Of a DNA stretch of 35,725 bases, positions 19,071-27,898 are shown piece after piece. The translations under genes were made by a program, and so were the position numbers. Source of the DNA: Candidatus Parcubacteria bacterium (lineage in GTDB: Bacteria > Patescibacteriota > Patescibacteriia > Patescibacteriales > UBA12465); assembly GCA_023444045.1 (NCBI GenBank), contig JAEZRQ010000005.1, positions 1 through 35,725 of the forward strand, read 5' to 3'. The notes below the pieces were generated by a model that searched no databases, was not told the DNA's origin, and was given only the letters and a program-made list of their open reading frames with translations. Position 1 is the stretch's first letter, and each line of letters opens with the position of its first letter.

Positions 19071-19952
19071 ATGAGTAATGATAAAAGACTAAAAAAGGTT
19101 TTAAATAAGTACGATGATCCGACTAATCTCTCGCCTAAAAATTTAGAGTTTGGTTTGTGGCTAGCAAAAAATGAAAAAAATATCTATAAAATTATTGTAA
19201 TTACGTTAGCAAGCATTGCCACTGGTTTTCTGCTTTATTCTGGATATGGTTATTTTTATTACTTTGTTTTTGGCAGAGAACAAGATAAGACCATGTTTGG
19301 TGATAGTTCAGCTCTTAATATTGTGGCCTACCGTCTACAGAATCAAGCTCTAGATTTACAAATTTCTGGAGTAAAATCTTTAAAAAATAATAGTAGTAAC
19401 GATTTTGTGGCTCATCTTAAAAATCCTAACGAAAAACATTCTGCTAGTTTTAGTTTTTGTTTTACCGCCCAAGATCAAGAATTTTGTGGTAAAAGCTTTA
19501 TTTTGCCAGGAGAAGAGAAGGACCTTATCTTTACTAATAATTCCGACAAAAAACTCTCTGCAACGCCTCAATTTAACATAAAAGACATCCTTTGGCAGAA
19601 GATTAATGCTGGTGAAATTCCTGATTGGAATGTTTACAGGGCACAACGCTTAAATTTTGAAATTAGTACTCCGAACTTCTCTAGATATCCAGATAATCTA
19701 TATCATTTAGGATTTACAATTAAAAATAATTCGCCATTTAGTTATTTTGAGGTACCACTTAACATGATTATCAAAAGGGGTAGTGAGATTATAGCTGTTA
19801 ACCGTTATGTTGTTAGAAACCTTAACAGCGGGGAAATAAGAGGTGTGGATCTTTCCTGGTCCGAAGGGGCTAACTTAGGGGGCACAATTAGCATTATCCC
19901 TGATTTAAATATTCTTAATCAGGATGTTTATAGACCTTATGGTACTAACTAG
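19071..19952 (+). CDS. hypothetical membrane-anchored protein
   Basis: 293-aa ORF with one N-terminal TM (IIVITLASIATGFLLYSGYGYFYYFVF). It ends 13 nt upstream of the SEDS gene. No recognisable motif. Confidence 0.6.
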   Translation: MSNDKRLKKVLNKYDDPTNLSPKNLEFGLWLAKNEKNIYKIIVITLASIATGFLLYSGYGYFYYFVFGREQDKTMFGDSSALNIVAYRLQNQALDLQISGVKSLKNNSSNDFVAHLKNPNEKHSASFSFCFTAQDQEFCGKSFILPGEEKDLIFTNNSDKKLSATPQFNIKDILWQKINAGEIPDWNVYRAQRLNFEISTPNFSRYPDNLYHLGFTIKNNSPFSYFEVPLNMIIKRGSEIIAVNRYVVRNLNSGEIRGVDLSWSEGANLGGTISIIPDLNILNQDVYRPYGTN

Positions 19953-19964
19953 TGTTTAATATTT

Positions 19965-21074
19965 ATGTATTATCGCTTAAAACTATATTTAAAGAATTTT
20001 GATTGGATAATCTTTTCGGCTGTTTTACTACTGGCTTGTTTTGGTTTAATGGAAGTTTATAGCGTTGCTCTTGGCCTAGGAAATAATGATTTATTAAATT
20101 TTTATAAACAAGTTGGTTTTGTTTTTGGTGGAATTATTTTAATGCTCTTCTTTGCTTTTTTTGACCATCACTTCCTCAAGAGTCTTAATCGCCACCTCTA
20201 TTGGCTTGGTGCATTGGTCTTAATATCTGTTTTAATATTCGGAGAAACGAATAAAGGAACTAAAGGTTGGTTTAATATCTTTGGTTTTGGGATACAGCCG
20301 GTTGAAATAATAAAAGTCATCCTCATTATTTTTTTAGCTGCCTATTTTTCCAATTTGGCGACTAAAGTTAAGACCGCAAGACATTTTATCGTATCAGCCC
20401 TTTCCACTTTAATTCTAGCAGCTTTAATTATTTTACAGCCAGATTTTGGTTCAGCGCTAGTGCTACTGGCTATTTGGTTGATCATGGTAATTATGGCTGG
20501 TTTTAATAAAAAATATTTTATTATCATCGGAATAGCTTCTATTCTGTTATCTGGAGTCGCCTGGTTTAGTTTTAAAGATTACCAAAAACAGAGAATAACC
20601 ACCTTTTTAAACCCTTCTTTTGAAGAATGTTCTAAAAAAGAGTGCTATAACAGCTTTCAGGCAATAATTGCGGTTGGTTCCGGTGGTTTAATTGGTAAAG
20701 GTGTAGGATTTGGCTCTCAGTCACAACTGAAATTTTTACCAGAAGCACAAACTGATTTTATTTTTTCAGTAATTGCCGAGGAAATGGGTTTTTTAGGGGT
20801 TATCTTGGTTTTACTTTTTTTTGGAATTTTATTTTTTAGATCAATTATTTCTTTAAAGAAAATAAATAATGATTTTGGAATTTATTTCATTCTTGGTTTA
20901 AACGGTTTAATTTTTACCCATATGTTCGTCAATATTGGGATGAATATTGGGTTACTGCCAATCGTTGGTATTCCGCTGCCTTTTATTAGTTATGGTGGCA
21001 GTTCTATCTTATCTTTATTTATGGCGATGGGAATTATGCAAAATATTATAATTAAATCAAAGATTAATTATTAA
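19965..21074 (+). CDS. FtsW/RodA/SpoVE (SEDS) family peptidoglycan glycosyltransferase
   Basis: Polytopic membrane protein with family motifs QPVEIIKV, LQPDFGSA, LPEAQTDFIFSVIAEE and PLPFISYGGSS. I cannot separate RodA from FtsW on sequence alone. Confidence 0.85.
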   Translation: MYYRLKLYLKNFDWIIFSAVLLLACFGLMEVYSVALGLGNNDLLNFYKQVGFVFGGIILMLFFAFFDHHFLKSLNRHLYWLGALVLISVLIFGETNKGTKGWFNIFGFGIQPVEIIKVILIIFLAAYFSNLATKVKTARHFIVSALSTLILAALIILQPDFGSALVLLAIWLIMVIMAGFNKKYFIIIGIASILLSGVAWFSFKDYQKQRITTFLNPSFEECSKKECYNSFQAIIAVGSGGLIGKGVGFGSQSQLKFLPEAQTDFIFSVIAEEMGFLGVILVLLFFGILFFRSIISLKKINNDFGIYFILGLNGLIFTHMFVNIGMNIGLLPIVGIPLPFISYGGSSILSLFMAMGIMQNIIIKSKINY

Positions 21075-21124
21075 TGCCGAAAAAGTTTAATTAATATAAT
21101 TAAACATAAATAGGCCATAAAAAT

Positions 21125-21739
21125 ATGGATATAAAATTATCAGCTCAAGTTCGCGAACCTAAAGAAAAGCTAGATTTTGATTTAGTTCCAGCCGTTCTTT
21201 ATGGTCGCGGCGTTGCTAGTGTTAGTCTAAAGTTAAAAAGAGGAGAGTTAGAAAAAGTAATTAGTCTGGCCGGGGAATCAAATTTAATCTCCTTAATAAT
21301 TAATGACAAGGAGGTAAAGGTTTTAATTAAAGAGACACAACGTGGTGGTCTTAATAATAAATTACTGCACACTGACTTCTTTCAAGTTAAAATGACTGAA
21401 AAAATCAGCACGGAAATCCCATTTAATTTTATTGGCGAATCTAGGGCAGTTAAAGAATTATCAGCTTCTTTAATTAAAGAAATGGATGCGGTAGAGGTAG
21501 AATGTTTACCTGGAGATTTGGTTGACCATATTGATGTAGACATCTCCGTTTTAAAAGATTATCACGATGAGATTTCTACTGACGACCTAACTCTTCCTAA
21601 AGGATTAGAACTGCAAAATCAAAACAATCGCATTATAGTAACCGTGATACCACCAAAAATTCAGGAAGTAGCTGAAGAAGCCCCTAAAGAAGAGAAAGTA
21701 GATAGTGAAACCAAAGATAATAAAGATGCAGAAAAATAA
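21125..21739 (+). CDS. rplY: 50S ribosomal protein L25 (long Ctc form)
   Basis: N-terminal LVPAVLYGRG motif, a two-domain length (204 aa) and an acidic/lysine-rich C-terminal tail. Confidence 0.85.
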   Translation: MDIKLSAQVREPKEKLDFDLVPAVLYGRGVASVSLKLKRGELEKVISLAGESNLISLIINDKEVKVLIKETQRGGLNNKLLHTDFFQVKMTEKISTEIPFNFIGESRAVKELSASLIKEMDAVEVECLPGDLVDHIDVDISVLKDYHDEISTDDLTLPKGLELQNQNNRIIVTVIPPKIQEVAEEAPKEEKVDSETKDNKDAEK

Positions 21740-21743
21740 AAAA

Positions 21744-22817
21744 ATGAAAAAAAATAATGATACACTGTCACCAAAGTTATGGAAGGCAACTAAAATAGCA
21801 TTAATAATTTTATTTATTTCTGCTGTTGGATTATTTTTATATTTTTTCCAACCAGATTTATTTAACTTTCAGGCAGCAGAAGCGCCAGCCCCGATTATCA
21901 GCGAGGAGCATGTTTTGGAAGAAAATATTTGCCCTGACTGTGTTAGAAGAAACTTAGATGGTATTATGGTTCTACCAGAAGTAGCTAATCTAAGACCATT
22001 TGCAGTTATCATTGATAATTTCCAATTAGCTAGACCCCAATTTGGTTTAGCAGCTGCTTCTTTGGTCTACGAAGCTCCAGTTGAAGGCGGTGTCACTCGT
22101 TATTTGGCTATTTTTGATCCTGAGAGTGCCCCAGCAGAGATTGGTCCGGTTAGAAGCGCTAGAACATATTTTCTAAACTGGGCTAAAGAGCTTGGGGCCA
22201 CTTTTGTTCATGTAGGAGGCAGCCCAGATGCCCTAGAAGCAGCTAAAAAGATAGCAAAAAGTGATTTAAATGAATTTTACAAAGGAGAATATTTCTGGCG
22301 TAGCTCAAAGCTGGTTGCTCCACATAACGTCTTAACCTCAAAAGAGAAATTAAATACCTATCGTCTAGACTATAAAGAAAGTGGTGCTGAGTTTAAACCC
22401 TGGCAATTTAAAGAAGCGTCCACTTCTAGCGAGGAAGTGATTCGTTCTATTAACCTTAAATATCCCAATGAGTATGCTGTTTTATGGGAATATAATAAAG
22501 ATAATAATTTGTACGAACGCTATTTAGATAATAAAGCCCACCTTGATGCTTCTTCAGAAAAAATCACGGCCAACAACTTAATTATTCATTTAGCTTCTTT
22601 TAAAGTGATTGATGATGATTTACGTTTAGAAATGTCTAGCGCCTTATCAGGACAAGCTTTATTATGCCAAGATGGTAATTGCCTTTTAGGAAAATGGCAA
22701 AAAGATTCGCCAACTAGTCGCACAAAGTATTATTATAAAAGTGGTGAAGAATTTATCTTTAACGCTGGTAAAACCTGGATTGAAGTTATAGAAGATTTTA
22801 AATATTTGAAGTATTAA
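21744..22817 (+). CDS. DUF3048-family (YerB-like) membrane-anchored protein
   Basis: N-terminal TM, then IIDNFQLARPQFGLAAASLVYEAPVEGGVTRYLAIF, which is characteristic of DUF3048. The start is uncertain: GTG 21705 and ATG 21726 both overlap rplY, so ATG 21744 is chosen as the first non-overlapping start. Confidence 0.7.
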   Translation: MKKNNDTLSPKLWKATKIALIILFISAVGLFLYFFQPDLFNFQAAEAPAPIISEEHVLEENICPDCVRRNLDGIMVLPEVANLRPFAVIIDNFQLARPQFGLAAASLVYEAPVEGGVTRYLAIFDPESAPAEIGPVRSARTYFLNWAKELGATFVHVGGSPDALEAAKKIAKSDLNEFYKGEYFWRSSKLVAPHNVLTSKEKLNTYRLDYKESGAEFKPWQFKEASTSSEEVIRSINLKYPNEYAVLWEYNKDNNLYERYLDNKAHLDASSEKITANNLIIHLASFKVIDDDLRLEMSSALSGQALLCQDGNCLLGKWQKDSPTSRTKYYYKSGEEFIFNAGKTWIEVIEDFKYLKY

Positions 22818-23710
22818 ATTTTGATAACCACAAACCTTGTTCTTTGACGATAATCTTTTTTGAAATAAATTCTATTTGTAGAAAAACTGGCTGCGGCTAG
22901 TTTTTTTATTGTTCTAGCTTGTAGAGGATTAATTTCACAAATTAAAAAAATATCCTTTTGGTGAGATAAGAGATTATTTTTTATTTGCTTAAATAATCGG
23001 CGATAATGCCACAAACCATCACGACCAGAAAGCAAAGCATTTTTAGGCTCTTTGCTAATACTTTTTTCTTTCATTTCCACCGGTTTAAGATAAGGTAGGT
23101 TAGCGGTAATAATGATGTCTTTCTGTGTTATTTTTGGTAACTCTTCTAGATAAGGTTTTAATAAGTCCCCCTTAAAAAATTTTATCTTCGCTTGATATTT
23201 TTTCGCATTACTTTTAGCTACTTTCAAAGCTTTTTGAGAAATGTCAGAGGCGTAAAATCTTACTTTGCTTGATTTAATGTTTTTAAATAAAGATAAAATA
23301 ATTGCCCCGGAGCCGGTCCCAATATCTAAAATAACCGTTTCTTTTTTATCCTTTAAATAAGCAATCACCTCATCAACTAAAAGCTCTGTTTCCGGGCGGG
23401 GAATTAAAACATTTTTATTAACTTGGAGCTCTAAATTATAAAAAGATTTTACCCCTGTTAAAGATGCTAGTGACCACCCCGCTAATCTCTTTTTAATTAA
23501 AGATCTTATTATTTTTTGTTTAGCAAAAGAAATCAGATAAGAATCAGTAGTTAGTAAAAATAATTTATCTTTTTTCAAAACAAAAGAAAGCAGGGAAGTC
23601 GCCTCTATCTCCGGAAAGTCAAATTTTTTTTGCTTAAAAACAGAATAGACCTCTTTAAAAAGGTCTATTAGTTTAACTTTTTTGTTGTCTTTGTTCTTCT
23701 TTAACGGCAT
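22814..23710 (-). CDS. prmC: release-factor glutamine N5-methyltransferase (PrmC/HemK)
   Basis: SAM motif ILDIGTGSGAI. The motif IV position reads NLPY instead of the canonical NPPY. It lies downstream of prfA and overlaps it by 38 nt, which is the typical synteny. Confidence 0.85.
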   Translation of the reverse strand: MPLKKNKDNKKVKLIDLFKEVYSVFKQKKFDFPEIEATSLLSFVLKKDKLFLLTTDSYLISFAKQKIIRSLIKKRLAGWSLASLTGVKSFYNLELQVNKNVLIPRPETELLVDEVIAYLKDKKETVILDIGTGSGAIILSLFKNIKSSKVRFYASDISQKALKVAKSNAKKYQAKIKFFKGDLLKPYLEELPKITQKDIIITANLPYLKPVEMKEKSISKEPKNALLSGRDGLWHYRRLFKQIKNNLLSHQKDIFLICEINPLQARTIKKLAAASFSTNRIYFKKDYRQRTRFVVIKI

Positions 23711-24731
23711 TTTTTAAAGCGGTAATAATTAAATCTAAGCTACCTTCCATTATTAAATTAATACTATGCCAGGATTGATTAATGCGATGATCAGTTATCC
23801 TATCTTGAGGAAAATTATAAGTTCTAATTTTTTCACTGCGATCACCAACACCAATTTGCGTTTTTCTAGCGCTAGATTCTTGAGCAATTCTTTCTTCCTC
23901 TTGTTTAGCAAGTAAACGAGAGCGCAGAACCTGCAAAGCCTTTTCTTTATTTTGATGTTGTGATTTTTGATCTTGACAACTAACAGTTACTCCAGTGGGA
24001 ATATGAACAATACGAATTGCTGAATAAGTAGTATTAACGCATTGACCACCAGGACCGCTAGCGCAAAAAGTATCAATTCTTAAGTCACTCATTTTAAGCT
24101 CAATATCAACTTCTTCAGCCTCTGGTAAAACTACAACTGTGGCGGTTGAGGTGTGAACTCGACCCTGTTTCTCGGTTTCAGGAACCCTTTGTACACGGTG
24201 GGTTCCAGCCTCATATTTCAGCAAACCGTAAGCTCCTTGTCCAATAACAGAGAAGACCACTTCTTTATACCCACCAATACCAATAACACTAGAATCCAGT
24301 AATTCCACTTTTAAACCTTTTTTTTCGCAATATCTTAAATACATCCGAAAAAGGTCACCAGCAAACAGAGCGGCTTCATCACCACCAGCACCACCCCTAA
24401 TTTCAATAATGGCATTTTTCTTGTCATTGGGGTTATCGGGGTGTAATTCCTCTTCTATTTCTTCGTATAAAATAGCGCTTTTCTCTTCAAAGTCTTTTAA
24501 TTCTACCCCCGCCAGCTCTTTTAAATCTTGGTCGCTATTTGAGTTAATTATTACTTTATTTTCTTCAATATTAGCTAAATATTTCTCATATTCCTTAATT
24601 TTCAAAACCAAGCCCCTGAGGTTGGCGTGTTCTTGAGAAACTTTAATCATCGCCTTTTGATCCTTTAGAAGACTGGGGTCACTTAATTTAAGCTCTAATT
24701 CCTGATATTTATTTTTTATATCTTCGTACAT
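23673..24731 (-). CDS. prfA: peptide chain release factor 1
   Basis: GGQ motif (SGPGGQCVNTT), a PxT-type codon-recognition tripeptide (QRVPETEKQGRVHTS) and typical length (352 aa). Confidence 0.92.
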   Translation of the reverse strand: MYEDIKNKYQELELKLSDPSLLKDQKAMIKVSQEHANLRGLVLKIKEYEKYLANIEENKVIINSNSDQDLKELAGVELKDFEEKSAILYEEIEEELHPDNPNDKKNAIIEIRGGAGGDEAALFAGDLFRMYLRYCEKKGLKVELLDSSVIGIGGYKEVVFSVIGQGAYGLLKYEAGTHRVQRVPETEKQGRVHTSTATVVVLPEAEEVDIELKMSDLRIDTFCASGPGGQCVNTTYSAIRIVHIPTGVTVSCQDQKSQHQNKEKALQVLRSRLLAKQEEERIAQESSARKTQIGVGDRSEKIRTYNFPQDRITDHRINQSWHSINLIMEGSLDLIITALKNAVKEEQRQQKS

Positions 24732-24772
24732 AATGATTTTACTAATCTTAAGTAAATTTTTTTAAATCGCTA

Positions 24773-24800
24773 TTGACTTTATTTTATAATATGGTATAAT
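24773..24800 (+). promoter_or_regulatory. near-consensus sigma70 promoter with extended -10, pointing away from prfA into the spacer
   Basis: TTGACT (24773-24778), a 16-nt spacer containing TG at 24792-24793, then TATAAT (24795-24800). Confidence 0.5.
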
Positions 24801-24806
24801 TTATCC

Positions 24807-24915
24807 ACAATTTGACATAAGTCAAAAAAGAAACCGGCCACTAATGATTTAATTTTTACCGCTTGAGTTGCGACCTCCTTCTCAATGTAATATTAAAAAG
24901 TTAGTGGCTTTTTTT
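24807..24915 (+). ncRNA. candidate small structured RNA (unclassified); strand uncertain
   Basis: Starts about 7 nt after the promoter. It contains a 5' hairpin ttgac-ataa-gtcaa (24811-24824) and a ~75-nt rod. The rod pairs are gccactaa/ttagtggc, tttaat/attaaa, ttac/gtaa and ttgag/ctcaa, with a 13-nt apical loop ttgcgacctcctt. Seven T follow at 24909-24915. No ORF. No match to SRP, 6S or tmRNA signatures that I can recognise. Confidence 0.3.
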
Positions 24916-24916
24916 A

Positions 24917-24981
24917 TTAAAAAAATAATCAGCCATTTAAATTAACTTTAACAAACAAAAAGTTAATCATGACTGATTATT
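24917..24981 (-). terminator. rho-independent terminator of rpmE (long hairpin)
   Basis: aataatcagccat (24924-24936) pairs with atgactgattatt (24969-24981), with inner pairs ttaacttt/aaagttaa. The single mismatch becomes G-U only on the minus-strand RNA. A U-run follows on the minus strand (A-run 24919-24925 on the plus strand). Confidence 0.6.
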
Positions 24982-24997
24982 AAAAGAGAAAAAGTCG

Positions 24998-25333
24998 CTA
25001 TTTTTTACCTAAAGTAACTTGAGCAATTTTTTTAATGTCTTTGGTTTTAATTACTACTTCTTTTTTAGAACGGGCCTCAGCTCTAGCTGCAGTTTTAACC
25101 TTTTTACCTTTTCTACCAGCAGCTACTTTTGAAGAAGCATCTTTTTTAGCAGTAAACTTTTCAACACGACGAGCAGTGTCAACTAATTTTTGTTTGCCGG
25201 TATAAAATGGATGGCAAGCAGAACATAGCTCAACCTTGATTTCAGGTTCAGTAGACCCAGTAATAAAAGAGTTGCCGCAAACGCAGCTCACCTTACAATC
25301 AGTGTAGTATTTAGGATGGATTTCGTTTTTCAT
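24998..25333 (-). CDS. rpmE: 50S ribosomal protein L31 (Zn-ribbon type A) with a ~40-aa basic C-terminal extension
   Basis: [10 protein letters not shown] start, Cys pairs CVCGNS ... [13 protein letters not shown], then the extra tail [49 protein letters not shown]. Confidence 0.9.
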   Translation of the reverse strand: MKNEIHPKYYTDCKVSCVCGNSFITGSTEPEIKVELCSACHPFYTGKQKLVDTARRVEKFTAKKDASSKVAAGRKGKKVKTAARAEARSKKEVVIKTKDIKKIAQVTLGKK

Positions 25334-25384
25334 ACTTGAAATTTATCTTTGTTTATTATATTTACTTAAGTAATCTATCATAAC

Positions 25385-25413
25385 TTCAAAAATTAATCAA
25401 GAGCTGTTATAAT
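25385..25413 (+). promoter_or_regulatory. candidate promoter giving a leaderless flippase mRNA
   Basis: TTCAAA (25385-25390), a 17-nt spacer with TG at 25405-25406, then TATAAT (25408-25413). The ATG at 25421 is only 7 nt after the -10. Confidence 0.45.
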
Positions 25414-25420
25414 TAATTTT

Positions 25421-26851
25421 ATGAATAAAATACATAATATTGCCAGAAATACTTCTTATCTCACTTTGGCCTTAATTCTGCAAAAAATCATTTCTTTCAG
25501 CTATTTTATTATCTTAACCAGGGCCCTGGGCTTAGAGGTTATGGGTCAATACTATGCTGCTATTTCTTTTACCACCATTTTTGCCATCTTTATAGATCTA
25601 GGTTTTGCTAATACTTTAACTAGGGAAGTTGCCAAAGACCAAAACCAGGCCAAATCTTGGTTAGGGAATGTCATTGCTCTTAAAATACCACTAGCAGTAC
25701 TAACTCTTTTAGTAGCCATTTTAACCGCCTGGTTATTTGGTTATGATAATTTAGCCTTTCAGTTAATCCTGATTTCCTCTATTTCCATGGTGCTAGATTC
25801 ATTTACTACCACCTTTTTTGCCACCATCAGAGGCTTCCATAATTTAAAATACGAAAGCATTTCATCGGTTATTTTTCAGCTAATCGTCTTAAGTCTAGGT
25901 TATTTAGCCTTACTCAACGGTTTTGGTGTTAGAGTGGCCATGGCCGTCTTAGCAATCGCTAGTATTTTTAACTTTGTTTACAGCTTTCTAATTCTTAAAT
26001 ATCGGATTCACTTAAAATGGAAGCCGCTATTTCAAAAAGACTTTATCCAAAATATTTTTAGAATTAGTTGGCCTTTTGCTCTATTTGCCATCTCTCAAAG
26101 GCTTTATCTTTATCTTGATTCAGTCATGATTAGTATTTTAGCGAGTTATCATCAAGTCGGTGTTTATCAAATTGCCTTTAAAATAATTTTTGCCCTTCAA
26201 TTTTTACCAATGGCTTTTACCGCTTCATTATATCCAGCAATGAGTTCTTATTGGATTAGTAATAAGGAGCAACTAGTAAAATCATTTGAAAGGGCGATGA
26301 ATTATTTAATTATGATTTCACTACCAATTATTGGTGGGGTGATTGCTCTAGATGATAAGATTGTGGAGATATTTAAGGCTGGCGGAGAAGCAGTTTGGCC
26401 ACTACGAATCTCAATTTTAGCTCTGTTTTTTATCTTTGTTAATTTCCCAATTGGATCACTCTTAAATGCTTGTGACAGGCAAAGAAAGAACTTTTTATTT
26501 ATGGTTAGCGTGACTATTACTAGTGTTATTTTAAACTTCATTTTAATTCCTAAATTTGAAGCAATTGGCGCCAGTATTACTGTTCTTGTCACTAACTTTA
26601 TTATGTTTATCCTGGGAATTAGAGAAGCAAAAAAAATTATCCCTTATAACTTTAAAAAGAATTTAAGTACTTTAGGAAAATCACTCTGGGCAGCAGCAGT
26701 AATGGCGATGATTGTTTTTTATGGAAAAAATTATATTCACATCATTTTAGCCACCACTCTGGGCGGCATACTGTACTTTATATTTTTGTATTTAGTTAGA
26801 GGCTTTAGAAAAGAGGATATAAAAAGTATCTATCAATCCTTTAAGCGTTAA
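25421..26851 (+). CDS. polysaccharide/oligosaccharide flippase (Wzx-like, MOP superfamily)
   Basis: 476-aa polytopic membrane protein (about 12-14 TM) with typical Wzx/polysaccharide-biosynthesis architecture. It heads a GT4-GT2-Wzy-like operon. Confidence 0.75.
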   Translation: MNKIHNIARNTSYLTLALILQKIISFSYFIILTRALGLEVMGQYYAAISFTTIFAIFIDLGFANTLTREVAKDQNQAKSWLGNVIALKIPLAVLTLLVAILTAWLFGYDNLAFQLILISSISMVLDSFTTTFFATIRGFHNLKYESISSVIFQLIVLSLGYLALLNGFGVRVAMAVLAIASIFNFVYSFLILKYRIHLKWKPLFQKDFIQNIFRISWPFALFAISQRLYLYLDSVMISILASYHQVGVYQIAFKIIFALQFLPMAFTASLYPAMSSYWISNKEQLVKSFERAMNYLIMISLPIIGGVIALDDKIVEIFKAGGEAVWPLRISILALFFIFVNFPIGSLLNACDRQRKNFLFMVSVTITSVILNFILIPKFEAIGASITVLVTNFIMFILGIREAKKIIPYNFKKNLSTLGKSLWAAAVMAMIVFYGKNYIHIILATTLGGILYFIFLYLVRGFRKEDIKSIYQSFKR

Positions 26852-26854
26852 TTT

Positions 26855-27898
26855 ATGAAAACTGTTTTACTTACCACTGAGTATCCGCCATTTAAGGGTG
26901 GAGTGGCTAATTACTACGGACATTTAGTAAAATACTGGCCGGACCAAGAAAGAATTGAAGTCATAAATCACCAAAAGGGGCATTGGCTTTTAGCGCTAAG
27001 AAGGCTGCACAAAGTCTTAAAAAAAGATGGAATGCTACTAGTAGGGCAAATCTTACCAATGGGGACAGTCGCTTATCTTAGATATCTTATTAAACCATAC
27101 GATTATGCCGTCTTTTTACACGGGATGGATTTTGCTTTGGCACTAAAAAAATTTAGAAAAAGAAAAATAACTTTTCTGATTTTAAAAAAAGCTAAAAAAA
27201 TAATCTGCGCTAATTCCCATGTCGCTAGTTTAGTTAAAGAGTGGCAACCCTCTTTTAGTGAAAAAATATTGGTAATTAATCCTGGAATTAATGAGACAAA
27301 CATGAATGAATTTGATAGCATCACACCGCTTCTACAAAAAAAATACCAAACTAAAGATAAAGTTGTTCTTTTAAGCTTAGGCCGCCTGGTAAAAAGAAAA
27401 GGGGTAGATAATACCATTAAAGCCATTGCTTCATTAGATGAAGAAACAAAAAACAAAATAGTTTATCTAGTTGTTGGTAAAGGAGAAGATGAAGCTTACT
27501 TAAAAGATGTTGCTTTTAAAGAAAGAGTTCCGGTAATTTTTACCGGAGAGGTTGGTGACCTGGAGAAATGGTCTTTCTTGGATTTATGTGATATATTCGT
27601 AATGCCAAGCCGGGAAATAAATGGTGATTTTGAGGGCTTTGGCATTGTCTACTTAGAAGCTAACCTGTTTGCCAAACCAGTGATTGCTGGTCGCTCTGGT
27701 GGTGTTAGTGACGCGGTCGCCGACCGGGAGTCTGGATTTTTAGTTAACCCAGAAAATACTACCGAAATTAAAGAGGCAATTTCTTTTTTAGTTAAGCATC
27801 CAGAAGAAAGACGGCGACTTGGTTTAAAAGGGAGAGAAAGAGCGCTAAATAATTTTTTATGGAAAGAACAAATAAGAAAATTATACGATAACTTATGA
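26855..27898 (+). CDS. glycosyltransferase, GT4 (GT-B fold) family
   Basis: Motif FEGFGIVYLEANLFAKPVIAGRSGGVSDAV. Its stop overlaps the next start (ATGA). Confidence 0.8.
   Translation: MKTVLLTTEYPPFKGGVANYYGHLVKYWPDQERIEVINHQKGHWLLALRRLHKVLKKDGMLLVGQILPMGTVAYLRYLIKPYDYAVFLHGMDFALALKKFRKRKITFLILKKAKKIICANSHVASLVKEWQPSFSEKILVINPGINETNMNEFDSITPLLQKKYQTKDKVVLLSLGRLVKRKGVDNTIKAIASLDEETKNKIVYLVVGKGEDEAYLKDVAFKERVPVIFTGEVGDLEKWSFLDLCDIFVMPSREINGDFEGFGIVYLEANLFAKPVIAGRSGGVSDAVADRESGFLVNPENTTEIKEAISFLVKHPEERRRLGLKGRERALNNFLWKEQIRKLYDNL

Noticed and set aside
23673-24731. RF1 codon-recognition tripeptide reads PET rather than the textbook PAT
   Set aside because: The motif is generally defined as PxT (for example PVT in Thermus). 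The middle residue is variable, so this is not evidence for altered stop-codon specificity.
24801-24809. Perfect DnaA-box consensus TTATCCACA in the prfA-rpmE spacer (possible oriC)
   Set aside because: It is a single box only. I saw no cluster of DnaA boxes, no adjacent AT-rich 13-mer-type unwinding repeats and no dnaA/dnaN nearby. One 9-mer hit in 35 kb of AT-rich DNA is compatible with chance. It overlaps the predicted transcription start of the candidate sRNA.
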